This document shows positions 1-9,832 of a stretch of DNA of 64,000 bases, in pieces (within the stretch, counting starts at the first letter, position 1; every line of letters starts with the position of its first letter). The DNA lies in contig CABSCS010000004.1 of assembly GCA_902476355.1 (NCBI GenBank), positions 10,085 to 74,084 of the forward strand, given 5' to 3'. The position numbers were made by a program, and so were the translations under genes. Origin of the DNA: an uncultured Eubacteriales bacterium (GTDB taxonomy: Bacteria > Bacillota > Clostridia > Christensenellales > UBA1242). The notes beneath the pieces were generated by a model. It did no database searches. It was not told the origin of the DNA and was given only the letters and a program-made list of their open reading frames with translations.

Positions 1-242
1 AAAGCTTGTTTATCTTGTTTATATTGATTTATATCATATGAAAAAAACTCTTCAGGTGTTGAACCACACACTTCTATTATATCTAATAACACTGACAATG
101 ATGGTTCAAAAGTTGTTTTACTACTTTCCAACAAATGAATGTAACTTGCATTTTTCCCTATAGCCAAGCTTAGAGCTCTTGCTGACAAATTTGCTCTTGT
201 TCTAATGATTCCAATACGGTTCACAATCTCTTTAATATCCAT
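1..242 (-). CDS. XRE-family helix-turn-helix regulator (C-terminus runs off the window edge)
   Basis: Not in the ORF track because it is open at the window edge. My translation from ATG (242-240) is MDIKEIVNRIGIIRTRANLSARALSLAIGKNASYIHLLESSKTTFEPSLSVLLDIIEVCGSTPEEFF, a Cro/C1-type HTH pattern. Confidence 0.65.
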   Translation of the reverse strand, partial: MDIKEIVNRIGIIRTRANLSARALSLAIGKNASYIHLLESSKTTFEPSLSVLLDIIEVCGSTPEEFFSYDINQYKQDKQA

Positions 243-399
243 TTAAAATCTCCAACCTATATGATATATTTTAACCTTTTTTAGTATTCGAGATTATTTG
301 TGATACAATACATTTTACATATATATTAAATGAAATATATAGCACCACTAGACACAACATTAATTATATGCTATAATACACTCATAGGAGGAAGTTAAT

Positions 400-735
400 A
401 TGTGGGAATATTTATCAATGCCACTTCTAGTTGGAGGAATAGCTCTACTTTTAGTTGTTGTCATAGTCGTTTTATGGAGTAGTAGACATAAAGAATTCGT
501 TAACAGTGCTAAAGAAATTTATAGCGGAATGAGTAGAAGTGAAGTAATAAGTATTATGGGAGAACCAACATCCAAAGAATATATTGGTGATGAAGAAATT
601 TTAATATGGGAAAAAAGTCAGTGGAAAGGTATACAAAATGGTGGAACTGTAACTAGAGCCGTCAAAGTAGTACTTGTAGATGACATAGTCGTATCAGTTT
701 CTAATAAAAACCTTGACAAATCAACTTTTTGGTAA
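400..735 (+). CDS. small membrane-anchored hypothetical protein
   Basis: GGAGG RBS 8 nt upstream of the ATG. N-terminal TM helix (PLLVGGIALLLVVVIVVLW). No family recognised. Confidence 0.55.
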   Translation: MWEYLSMPLLVGGIALLLVVVIVVLWSSRHKEFVNSAKEIYSGMSRSEVISIMGEPTSKEYIGDEEILIWEKSQWKGIQNGGTVTRAVKVVLVDDIVVSVSNKNLDKSTFW

Positions 736-1108
736 ATTGAGAAAGGAACAACCGCTTAAATGATGAAGCTTTTCAACTTTGTTGAAAACGAATAAATAAA
801 GCGAGTTGTGACGCAAGGTGGGGGTCGTTTTTTACAAATAGTTATTTGCACGTCCCACTCCCTCACCTTATTGCCACAATCAATTTATAATAGATTGAGT
901 GGACTCGAACCACCTATACTCTTTACATATCATCTGCCAATGTTTTTTATTTATTTGATAAAAAAATACAACCAAATATGGTTGTATTTTTCTTTTAATC
1001 TTTTTTATCTACTCTTCCACCTTTATTTTACGATGGCAAATCACACCATTTGACAACTTATTGAAATGGTGTTATACTTTTTAAACAAATAAAACAAAGG
1101 GGAAAATT

Positions 1109-1558
1109 ATGAAAGAAAAATTTAACAAAATTTCAACCGCAAACGTTAATGAAATGGAAAAAGACCAACTTGACGAGTTTGACAAAGAATTGAATAAGTT
1201 CAAAAACAAAACAAAGTTTTTGACAAATGAACGTTTGCTTAAAATTCTTTATATGGTTTTTGGCTATGCTTTGGGAATTCCTCTTGGCATTTTGCTTGCA
1301 AAAACAGTGATGGACTTTACATATGCAAACCCTTTGAATGCTTTATATTTGATTCTTATTGGCGTTCTGGGTGTTGTTTGTATTGCTGTTGAAGTTGCAT
1401 ACAGAACAATGAAAAAGATTGGACAAAAATATTCAAAATGCATCACAGAAAAAGAAGGTCAAATCAAAAATAGATACGATTTTATCAAAATGAAAGAAGA
1501 ATTTATTGCATCAAAAGATGAGCCAGCAAAAACTAACGAAGAAAACAAAGCAGAATAA
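1109..1558 (+). CDS. hypothetical membrane protein
   Basis: RBS AAAGGGG, two central hydrophobic helices, followed by a hairpin terminator. Confidence 0.5.
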   Translation: MKEKFNKISTANVNEMEKDQLDEFDKELNKFKNKTKFLTNERLLKILYMVFGYALGIPLGILLAKTVMDFTYANPLNALYLILIGVLGVVCIAVEVAYRTMKKIGQKYSKCITEKEGQIKNRYDFIKMKEEFIASKDEPAKTNEENKAE

Positions 1559-1600
1559 CAATTGAATATGACTAAAATAAAAATCAATAGAAAAATAGAA

Positions 1601-1627
1601 AGCACCAGAATTTCTGGTGCTTTTTTG
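1601..1627 (+). terminator. intrinsic terminator
   Basis: AGCACCAGAA/TTCTGGTGCT hairpin followed by a T6 run. Confidence 0.7.
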
Positions 1628-1769
1628 TGTGATGTATTTAGTAAATTAAATTTCAGATGAGATATGCAACTATTTTTCAATTTCTGCTCTTTTGTGGTTT
1701 GAGAGTGGGGGGTTGTTGTGCTATACTTTTTATTGTGATTTATTTAGTTTGGAAAAAAAATTTAGAAAT

Positions 1770-2144
1770 ATGTTGGTGACAAAAATGGAAGAGAAGATTG
1801 AAAGAGTTTTAAGTGCTCTTGAAAAGTCAAAGTTTCGCAGTTCGTTTTGCCTTAAAAACAAAGACAAAGAATATGTTTTGCAAAAGGGAATGGAAACAAT
1901 TGCTTCGCATGCAAAAGATTTTATTGCAAAAAGGCTTGCTGACAAAAGTTTGTTTAAAGACGGCAAGCAAACTCCAATGCGTGGGCATCCAGTTTTCATT
2001 GCACAGCATGCAACAGCAACTTGTTGCAGAGAATGCCTTTTCAAATGGCACCACATTGAACAAAATCATGTTCTTTCTGAAACCGAACAGAAATATGTTG
2101 TTTCGGTTATCATGGCGTGGATTGAAAAGCAAATGAAAAAATAA
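1770..2144 (+). CDS. DUF4186-like protein
   Basis: HPVFIAQHATATCCRECLFKWH motif recalled from the DUF4186 family. I moved the start to the first ATG, because the track start at 1692 is a TTG. Confidence 0.6.
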   Translation: MLVTKMEEKIERVLSALEKSKFRSSFCLKNKDKEYVLQKGMETIASHAKDFIAKRLADKSLFKDGKQTPMRGHPVFIAQHATATCCRECLFKWHHIEQNHVLSETEQKYVVSVIMAWIEKQMKK

Positions 2145-2349
2145 AATTAGGCATGAATGATTTATTTATCATATTGGCATGCATTGTAATTTATTGTAAA
2201 AAACCGGCAATAGAATTATTATAAAATTTAGAAAAGTATGTGATTGCAAATAAAATAAAAAGCCACAACAAGGTGTTGTGACTTTTTATTTTTTCTTTCT
2301 TGCTAACTTTATTAAATTAAAATTTGCGAAATATAGTTTCATATTAAAA

Positions 2350-4275
2350 TTATTCATCGTTGCCTGGTTCTGGCTCGTCGGCAATACTTTTTGTTGTGGC
2401 TTTTCTTTCTTCAGAATCGCCAATGGTTTTATTCATAAGGCGGAGCATGCGGATTTTATAGTTCAGCATGCTGTCAAAAGTTTTGTTGTCTTTTGACAAA
2501 AGTTCTTTGAGCCATGGGTTATAGTTCAAATAGTCGGTATTAGAGGAAAGCGAGAGATTTTCAAAAACGCCCATGTCTTGATATATCCAATCAAGAATAA
2601 CAGGAACAGAAACTTGCATTGTTTCGTTTGAAGTGTCTTCATTTCGAAGTTCATATTCGGTTATGGCTTTTTTAAGGCGTGCGACAAGTTCTGGACATTC
2701 AACTTCTGGTGCTTCTTGGTCATGGGCTTCGGCTTGAATGAAAGGAAAAATATCTGTGAACAATGCGTTGATAGATGATTTTTCAAACATGCTTGCACAA
2801 ATTTGTTTTGCTTCTTTTTTAGATTTGCAAGCCGAGGCTTGCGCAACCATCATTGCTTTTTTAAGGGTTGAAACAGGAATTTCTTCGCCGAGATTTTCCT
2901 TGTATACATTTATCATTGCTTTTCCGTTTGCAATTTTAAGTTCAAAATCGCGGATAATGTTTCCAAGTTCAAGGCGGTTTTCAAGAAGATATTCAAGTGC
3001 ATCTTCTTCTTGCTTTGCAAGGAACTTTAAAATTGGGTTTGAAACATAGTCTGCTTGGTTTGTAAACTTTGGGTTGGCTTTGCGGTCGGCAAGCACTTTT
3101 GAAATGAATTTTTGTGCAGATTCAATTGGATATTTTTTAATATATTTTGAAACTTCTTGAACATTTGGCATAAGTTTTGCTTTTTTCAAAAGTTCGTCAA
3201 GATGCGCGTCGGCATTCACCATTAAACAGTCGCTGTCGTCTGGTTCAAAGCGGGAAAGGATTGCTGTTTCTGCACGATTAAATTTTCTACTGTCTGGTTC
3301 AATGTCTTCGAAATAGTCGAAAGAGTTCAATGCATAAAGAAGCGTTCCATATGGGCTTCGGTCGGTTAAAGAGTCGAAGCATGGGTCAGAGTGGAACACA
3401 CCTTTAACGCCATAGGTTTCGTCGTTAATGTAAACACGGCAGGTTTGGTGGTTTCCTGCATAGTTTCTTGACTCGTCTTCATCAAGAATTTGTTCTCTTT
3501 GAATTTCGCAAGCAATGCCAATTCTTGCGCAAAGTGCTTGAAGCAAACTTGCATAGCCAACACAGCAAATGAGTTGGTCGTTTTTGCTATAATTCAAAAT
3601 TGAAGAAATTGCACGCGAAAGGGCAGGGTTAGAACCAGTGGTTTCAAGACTATATTGTGCAAAGTTTGTAACAGTTTTATATGCCGCCATGAACTTTTCA
3701 AGTTGGGTGAGTGGTCTTCCATTGAAAGTTGCGCGGTTGATTTCGCTTGCCCAAGAAGAAAGTTTTGCGTTTGCATGAAGAACGCTTTCAACTGAATATT
3801 TGCTGTCATAGTCGGCAAAATAAATTCTGCGTCCGCTTTCGCCAAGTTTTTTTCGAATGGCATAGATTTGTTTGAGTTCGCCAATTGTGAAATTTTCGTC
3901 ATAGGCGGTTGAAATTACAATGTCACAATTTCCTATTTTTTCAAGAAATTCGTCTGAAATATCTAAAATTTCACGCTTTGAAAGCAAAACGGCGGTTGTG
4001 TCGTTTCCAAGTTTAAGGTTGTTTGATTTTGAAAAAAGTTTGGCTTTTCCTTTATATCCTTTTTCAATGCTTGCATCCATTTCAGATGCTTCAACGAAGT
4101 CGTGAAGAAAGTTTGGTTTTTTCTTTTCTTCACCAAGAAGTTCGCTTGAACCATAAACTTTTGAAACACGATAGGTTTTTCCCGCTTCATCTGGCATGTT
4201 TACAAGTTTATATTTTTTCATTTCGTCGAGTTTTTTCAAGATTTTAGTTCGGTTTTGCTTTTGGTCTTTTGCCAT
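2350..4275 (-). CDS. transglutaminase-like (Cys-His-Asp core) domain protein, 641 aa
   Basis: CCVGYASLLQALCARIGIACE ... GNHQTCRVYIND ... HSDPCFD resembles the transglutaminase-like cysteine protease core. The rest of the protein is unrecognised. Confidence 0.5.
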   Translation of the reverse strand: MAKDQKQNRTKILKKLDEMKKYKLVNMPDEAGKTYRVSKVYGSSELLGEEKKKPNFLHDFVEASEMDASIEKGYKGKAKLFSKSNNLKLGNDTTAVLLSKREILDISDEFLEKIGNCDIVISTAYDENFTIGELKQIYAIRKKLGESGRRIYFADYDSKYSVESVLHANAKLSSWASEINRATFNGRPLTQLEKFMAAYKTVTNFAQYSLETTGSNPALSRAISSILNYSKNDQLICCVGYASLLQALCARIGIACEIQREQILDEDESRNYAGNHQTCRVYINDETYGVKGVFHSDPCFDSLTDRSPYGTLLYALNSFDYFEDIEPDSRKFNRAETAILSRFEPDDSDCLMVNADAHLDELLKKAKLMPNVQEVSKYIKKYPIESAQKFISKVLADRKANPKFTNQADYVSNPILKFLAKQEEDALEYLLENRLELGNIIRDFELKIANGKAMINVYKENLGEEIPVSTLKKAMMVAQASACKSKKEAKQICASMFEKSSINALFTDIFPFIQAEAHDQEAPEVECPELVARLKKAITEYELRNEDTSNETMQVSVPVILDWIYQDMGVFENLSLSSNTDYLNYNPWLKELLSKDNKTFDSMLNYKIRMLRLMNKTIGDSEERKATTKSIADEPEPGNDE

Positions 4276-4396
4276 GTTTTGCCCCCATTTCCATATATAA
4301 ATATTATACCATAAATCATGTTCGTTGTCTAGATGCGCAAAATAAAAAGCAGTGGGGAACTGCTTTTATTTTGATTTGAGTAAGGCTTTATATTTT

Positions 4397-4828
4397 TTAG
4401 TTGTGGTCGTGAAGACATGGGCAATCGCCAGCGCAATATTTCTTTTTGTCATAGGCAATATGGTTTTTGTCGAAATAGTCTTTAACTGCTGCTTTCACTG
4501 CTTCTTCTGCAAGAACTGAGCAATGAAGTTTATATGCAGGAAGTCCGCCAAGGGCTTCAACAACTGCTTGGTTTGTAAGTTCAAGGGCTTGCTCAATTGG
4601 CTTTCCTTTGATAAGTTCGGTTGCCATTGAACTTGTTGCAATTGCGCTTCCGCAACCAAAAGTCATGAACTTTACGTCGGAAATAATTCCGTCTTTAACT
4701 TTGATATAAACACGCATAATGTCGCCACATTTTGCGTTTCCAACTTCACCAATTCCGTCGGCATCTTCAATTTCTCCAACATTTCTTGGATTGCGGAAAT
4801 GGTCCATTACTTTTTCACTATATAACAT
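4397..4828 (-). CDS. nifU: Fe-S cluster assembly scaffold NifU/IscU
   Basis: MLYSEKVMDHFRNPRNVG...GNAKCGD...FGCGSAIATSS. Start set at the ATG preceded by AAAGGAG. Overlaps the nifS stop by 11 nt. Confidence 0.9.
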   Translation of the reverse strand: MLYSEKVMDHFRNPRNVGEIEDADGIGEVGNAKCGDIMRVYIKVKDGIISDVKFMTFGCGSAIATSSMATELIKGKPIEQALELTNQAVVEALGGLPAYKLHCSVLAEEAVKAAVKDYFDKNHIAYDKKKYCAGDCPCLHDHN

Positions 4829-6002
4829 GTTTTCTTTCTCCTTTTTCAAGTTCGTCCCAAACTGGTGAAATTCTTCTTAGATATTCAACAATTTCAGGAA
4901 CTTTTTTAATTACATAATCAATTTCTTCTTCGGTTGTATATTTTGAAAGTGTAAGGCGAAGAGAGCCGTGTGCAACTTCGTGTGGACGGCCAATTGCAAG
5001 AAGAACATGTGATGGGTCAAGCGAGCCTGATGTGCAAGCGCTTCCAGAAGAAGCACAAATTCCTGCATCATCAAGCAAAAGCAAAAGGCTTTCGCCCTCG
5101 ATTCCTTCAAAGCACATGTTAAAGTTGTTCGGAACACGTTTCACTGCATCACCATTAAGTGCACTGTGTGGAATTTTTGAAAGGTTTTTGATAAGTTTGT
5201 CACGAAGAAGTGTTTCCTTTTTTGCAACTTCTTGCATTTCAGAAACTGCATCGCAAAGTGCAGTTGACAAACCAACAATACCTGCAATGTTTTCAGTTCC
5301 TGCGCGTTTTCCTTTTTCTTGTGCACCGCCTTCAATAAGGCTTGAAAGCAAAATTGTGCTTTTTGCATAAAGTGCGCCAACACCTTTTGGTCCGTGGAAC
5401 TTGTGGCCAGAAATTGAAAGCATGTCAATGTTCATTTCTTTAACGTCAACTGGAATGTGTCCAACTGCTTGAACTGCGTCGGTGTGGAAAATCACGCCAT
5501 GCTTATGACAAATTTCTCCAATTTCTTTGATTGGTTGAATGGTTCCAATTTCGTTGTTGGCAAACATAATTGTAACAAGGCAGGTGTCTGGTCTGATTGC
5601 TTTTTCAACATCTTCTGGGTGAACAATTCCGTTTTCATAAACATCAAGATAGGTGACTTCATAGCCCTGTTTTTCAAGTTTTGCAAGGGTGTGAAGAACT
5701 GCGTGGTGTTCAAATTTAGAAGTGATAATGTGTTTTTTGTTTTTTCTTGCACCAATGATAGAAGAAGACAAAATTGCTTGGTTGTCGCTTTCGCTTCCAC
5801 CAGATGTGAAATAGATTTCTCTTGGCAAGCAGTTGATGCATTTTGCAACATTCGCTCTTGCTTCTTCAAGAACTTCTTTTGCTTTTTGTCCAAGAGTGTG
5901 AAGGCTTGATGCGTTTCCATATTCTTCTGAAAAATATGGCATCATTTTTTCAAGAACATGCTGGCTTACTTTGGTTGTTCCAGCATTGTCGAGATATATC
6001 AT
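4818..6002 (-). CDS. nifS: cysteine desulfurase NifS/IscS
   Basis: IYLDNAGTTKV..., SGHKFHGPKGVG (PLP lysine), SSGSACTSG. Start set at MIYLDN, which has an AAAGGAG RBS. Confidence 0.9.
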   Translation of the reverse strand: MIYLDNAGTTKVSQHVLEKMMPYFSEEYGNASSLHTLGQKAKEVLEEARANVAKCINCLPREIYFTSGGSESDNQAILSSSIIGARKNKKHIITSKFEHHAVLHTLAKLEKQGYEVTYLDVYENGIVHPEDVEKAIRPDTCLVTIMFANNEIGTIQPIKEIGEICHKHGVIFHTDAVQAVGHIPVDVKEMNIDMLSISGHKFHGPKGVGALYAKSTILLSSLIEGGAQEKGKRAGTENIAGIVGLSTALCDAVSEMQEVAKKETLLRDKLIKNLSKIPHSALNGDAVKRVPNNFNMCFEGIEGESLLLLLDDAGICASSGSACTSGSLDPSHVLLAIGRPHEVAHGSLRLTLSKYTTEEEIDYVIKKVPEIVEYLRRISPVWDELEKGERKHVI

Positions 6003-6158
6003 GTTGTTTTCTCCTTTATGTGTATTGTTGGTAGGGAACAATATATCCTACCGATTTGGTATGATATTATTATACAATAAAATTTTGCTTTGTCAACATG
6101 ATTTTTATACATTTAAAAAAATAAAGCCACAAAAGTGGCTTTATCATATTTTTATTTG

Positions 6159-6581
6159 TTAAAATTTTAAAACAGGTTTTTTGAAATTCTTTTTCAAAAT
6201 GTCTTCAAGAGTAACATTTTCAAGATATTCGTTGATAAGTTGGTCAAGGTTTCCCCAAACACTTTGAGTGTCGCAGTTGCAGGCTCTTGGGCAATCTTTT
6301 CCGTGAAGGCAGGCAACAATTTCGGTTTGGTCGCCAGTTGCATTCAAAATTTCGCTTATCGTGTAATCTTTTGGCTCTTTAATAAGGCGATAACCACCGT
6401 CTTTTCCGCGAAGGCTTTCAAGCAGTGCATTTTTTGTGAGCATGTTTACAATTTTTTCAAGATATTTGACTGAAATGTCTTGGTTTTCAGCAATTTCTTG
6501 CACCGAGACAAATTTGCCGTCGTGTTTGGCAATTTCAATCATAATTCGAACTGCATATCTTCCTTTTGTTGTAAGTTCCAT
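6159..6581 (-). CDS. Rrf2-family transcriptional regulator (IscR/CymR-like)
   Basis: MELTTKGRYAVRIMIEIA..., three Cys (CLHGKDCPRACNC), located upstream of nifS-nifU. Confidence 0.85.
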   Translation of the reverse strand: MELTTKGRYAVRIMIEIAKHDGKFVSVQEIAENQDISVKYLEKIVNMLTKNALLESLRGKDGGYRLIKEPKDYTISEILNATGDQTEIVACLHGKDCPRACNCDTQSVWGNLDQLINEYLENVTLEDILKKNFKKPVLKF

Positions 6582-6738
6582 AAAAATATTATATCACTCT
6601 TTTTATGAGAGGCAAATATTTTTTGAAAAAAAATTAAATCTGCATTAGTTTTTTGTTTGTTTTCATGCAGAGAGGGGGGGGAGTGCTTTGCACAAAAATC
6701 TTTATATTTTATGCAATAAAAAGGCTGAAAGGAAGATT

Positions 6739-7455
6739 TTATTCTTTGTTTAGATATGCAACAATGCCTTTAAAAATGCAGTCGGCAATTTTTTGTTGAT
6801 AGGCTTTTGTAACAAGCAGTTTTTCGTCTTCTTCATTTGAAAGAAATCCGCATTCTGCAATAACCGAGGCTTGCGCGGTGCACTTTAACATATAATAGTC
6901 ACCAATTGAAATGCCTTTGTCACTTGCTGGAAGGCGCGATGCAAATTGGTCTTGAATGCAAAGCGCAAGTTGTTCACCCTCTTGGCTGTGTTTGTCAAAG
7001 AACACTTGTGCCCCGCGAAGATTGTGGCGAATGTAACTGTTCATGTGAACCGAAACAACAATGTCGGGGTTGATTGCAGAAATAATGTCTTTTCGTTTTT
7101 GCATGTCTCGCTTTTTATAGTTTTTGGTTGAAACGCCATAAAGTCCGTCACTTGTTTGTCGAGTGAGAATAGTGTTGATGCCAAAGTCGCACAGCATTTT
7201 ATAAAGATAAAGTGAAACCGCAAGATTGATTTCGCTTTCTTTTGTTTTGGTTTTATATCCAATGCTTCCTGGGTCAAGACCACCGTGCCCAGGGTCAATC
7301 ACAACCGAATATAAATGGCTTTCATGTGACGAAAGATTTGATGCCGAAACTGCATCAAGCGTAACGGCAGAAGAAAAAACAATTGCACAAACAATGCAAA
7401 AGAAAATCAGTTGACCTTTGGACAAAATTTTAAAAATAATTTTTGGCATTTTCAT
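6739..7455 (-). CDS. N-acetylmuramoyl-L-alanine amidase (Amidase_3, CwlD-like size and N-terminal anchor)
   Basis: VIDPGHGGLDPGSIG, SVHMNS, ECGFLSNEEDE motifs with an N-terminal TM segment. Confidence 0.8.
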   Translation of the reverse strand: MKMPKIIFKILSKGQLIFFCIVCAIVFSSAVTLDAVSASNLSSHESHLYSVVIDPGHGGLDPGSIGYKTKTKESEINLAVSLYLYKMLCDFGINTILTRQTSDGLYGVSTKNYKKRDMQKRKDIISAINPDIVVSVHMNSYIRHNLRGAQVFFDKHSQEGEQLALCIQDQFASRLPASDKGISIGDYYMLKCTAQASVIAECGFLSNEEDEKLLVTKAYQQKIADCIFKGIVAYLNKE

Positions 7456-7566
7456 GCTAAATTATATTTTTCGCCAAACATAAATATAACCAACCATTTT
7501 TGACATTATAATATTTGAATTTTTCATTTAAAAGATGATATAATAAAGACACAATTGGAGTGAAAC

Positions 7567-8010
7567 ATGTCAGAGTATACAATAAAAACAAAATGCCCAG
7601 TTTGTGGAAATATAATTTATATAGATTCTGTTGGTAATGGAGAAAGATGTGCTAATTGTGGATGGGATCACAGTAAAATACATGAAGATTTTCCCGATAG
7701 AGTAATGTGTCCTAACTTAATTTCCTTAAACAAGGCGAGAAAATTATATAAAGAGGGCAAGGTTTTTCTGCCTGATTTCAACGATTTTATTGATGGTTAT
7801 AATTTTTATGGCGAAATGGAATTTACTTATAAAGGCGTAACATATGGACTGATGGGGAATGCAAATGAAGGTGTTGAGTTTTGGGGAATGAATACAGATA
7901 TGTATGAGGTGTTCGATAATATTGAAGATTTTGCCCATAATGCCAAAATTGGAAATGAATATGTTAAAGATATTTGGGATAAAGTTGAAAATGCAAATTG
8001 GTTGCAGTGA
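7567..8010 (+). CDS. zinc-ribbon (CPxCG...CxxCGW) domain protein
   Basis: CPVCGNIIY...CANCGWDHS at the N-terminus. Function unknown. Confidence 0.5.
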   Translation: MSEYTIKTKCPVCGNIIYIDSVGNGERCANCGWDHSKIHEDFPDRVMCPNLISLNKARKLYKEGKVFLPDFNDFIDGYNFYGEMEFTYKGVTYGLMGNANEGVEFWGMNTDMYEVFDNIEDFAHNAKIGNEYVKDIWDKVENANWLQ

Positions 8011-8134
8011 AACTTTGCAAAAATTTTTGATATGACAAAAAATACAAATAAAAGTTCAGGCAAATTGCTTGGACTTTTTCTTTGTTTTTTATTTAATTGT
8101 TGCCTAGATGCAAATAAAATGATATAATTTGAAT

Positions 8135-8536
8135 ATGGAAAAAAATGAAATTGATATTGTGAAACAAAAAGTAAAGCAAATGCAACCTCTTGCACTTGCT
8201 TTTGTTGGTGACAGTGTTCACACTTTGTTTGTTCGTGAGCACCTTGTGAAAAGTGGCGACTTTAAAGTGAACCAACTCACTCGCATGACAAAAGAGTTTA
8301 TCAATGCGGGGTTTCAGTGCAAGGTTTTCAAAGAAATTGAACCAATGCTTTCCGAAGAAGAACACGACATTGCAATTCGTGCAAGAAACACAGCAAAGGG
8401 GCAAACCGCAAAAAACTATTCGGTTGTTGAATATAACTATGCAACCGCTTTTGAAGCACTTGTTGGCTTTTTATATTTAACTGGTCAAACCGAGCGCCTT
8501 TCACAAATTTTAAATTTATCAATATTGGAGAAATAG
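8135..8536 (+). CDS. mrnC: Mini-ribonuclease 3
   Basis: LALAFVGDSVHTLFVREHL, RARNTAKG, ATAFEALVGFLYL. Bacillus-like position upstream of rlmB and sigH. Confidence 0.85.
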   Translation: MEKNEIDIVKQKVKQMQPLALAFVGDSVHTLFVREHLVKSGDFKVNQLTRMTKEFINAGFQCKVFKEIEPMLSEEEHDIAIRARNTAKGQTAKNYSVVEYNYATAFEALVGFLYLTGQTERLSQILNLSILEK

Positions 8537-9259
8537 ATGTTAGCAGAAGGAAAAAATCCAGTTTTTGAAGCACTTAAATCTGGAACAACAATTGAAAAAA
8601 TCGTGGTTTTAGACAAAACCAACGACGCGGATATTCGCGAACAAATTAAAAAAGCAAAAGAAAAGAAAATTCGTGTTGAATTTGCACCAAAACAAGTTCT
8701 TGACAGAATGAGCAAAACTGGTCATCATCAAGGCATCATTGCGTTTACAACCGACTATAAATATTTCGAACTTGAAGATGTTTTGAAAGAACTTGAAAAC
8801 TCTGACAAAAGAAAACTTTTCATTTTGCTTGATGGTGTTGAAGACCCACACAACCTTGGAAGCATCATCAGAAGTGCCGAATGTTTGGGCTTTTCTGGCG
8901 TGATTATTCCATCTCGTCACAGCGCTCTTGTAAACGAAACAGTAATTCGTTCATCTGCTGGGGCAATCAACTATGTAAAAGTTATAAAGGTGAACAACCT
9001 TAACGATGCAATAAAGCGTCTTAAAGAGGAAAACATTTTTGTTTATAGCGCAGACATGGACGGCGAAGATATTCGAAAAACCAATCTTTCTGGCAATGTT
9101 GCAATTGTTGTTGGTTCAGAAGGTTTTGGGGTTTCAGACCTTACAAGAAAACTTTCTGACCAAATTATAAAAATTCCAATGACAGGAAACGTAAATTCAA
9201 TGAACGCAAGTGTTTCTGCCGGAATTTGCATGTATGAAACCGTGATGCAAGGAAAATAG
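8537..9259 (+). CDS. rlmB: 23S rRNA (guanosine-2'-O)-methyltransferase, SpoU/TrmH family
   Basis: LLDGVEDPHNLGSIIRSAE, IVVGSEGFGVS, IPMTGNVNSMNASVSAG. Confidence 0.85.
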   Translation: MLAEGKNPVFEALKSGTTIEKIVVLDKTNDADIREQIKKAKEKKIRVEFAPKQVLDRMSKTGHHQGIIAFTTDYKYFELEDVLKELENSDKRKLFILLDGVEDPHNLGSIIRSAECLGFSGVIIPSRHSALVNETVIRSSAGAINYVKVIKVNNLNDAIKRLKEENIFVYSADMDGEDIRKTNLSGNVAIVVGSEGFGVSDLTRKLSDQIIKIPMTGNVNSMNASVSAGICMYETVMQGK

Positions 9260-9260
9260 A

Positions 9261-9821
9261 ATGGAAAAAGAAAAAAATCAACTTGGCGAAGAACTTTTCA
9301 ACAACCTTGTCGACCAATATGCAAGCATGATTCGTGCAATTTGCCGAAAGTTCTATCTTATTGGTGGAACAAGTGAAGACCTTTATCAAGAGGGAATGAT
9401 TGGCTTTCTTGAAGCAATCAAAAATTTTGACACATCCAGGGCAGAATATGGAAGCGAGGTTTTCACAAAATATGCAATGACATGCGTGAAAAGAAAAGTT
9501 ATCGACGCAATTAAACATGCAAACGCGCAAAAGAATATGGCGCTCAACAACTCGGTTCCAATTGTTCGAACAAACAGTGAAGATGAAGAGTTCGAAATCG
9601 GCGAAATTGGTGCTGGCGACCCAGAAGAAATTTATCTTTCGCACGAAACTGCCGATGAAAGGATAGATCTTTTAATTCGCATTTTGAGCGACAAAGAAAG
9701 AAAAGTTCTTTCGCTTTATCTTGAAGGAATGACAAGTGCGCAAATTGCAAAAGAACTTGGAACAAGCGCCCGAAGCGTTACAAACACAATTCAACGAATT
9801 AAACTTAAAGTTAAAAAATAA
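9261..9821 (+). CDS. sigH: RNA polymerase sigma-70 family factor, SigH-like
   Basis: EDLYQEGMIGFLEAIKNFD (region 2) and SAQIAKELGTSARSVTNTIQRIK (region 4 HTH). Synteny with mrnC-rlmB. Confidence 0.7.
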   Translation: MEKEKNQLGEELFNNLVDQYASMIRAICRKFYLIGGTSEDLYQEGMIGFLEAIKNFDTSRAEYGSEVFTKYAMTCVKRKVIDAIKHANAQKNMALNNSVPIVRTNSEDEEFEIGEIGAGDPEEIYLSHETADERIDLLIRILSDKERKVLSLYLEGMTSAQIAKELGTSARSVTNTIQRIKLKVKK

Positions 9822-9832
9822 AGGAGAAAAAA

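Noticed and set aside
808-1053. 81-aa ORF in the first intergenic region
   Set aside because: It has a non-ATG start, no RBS and a low-complexity hydrophobic translation. It also spans the tRNA-like fragment, so I treated it as non-coding.
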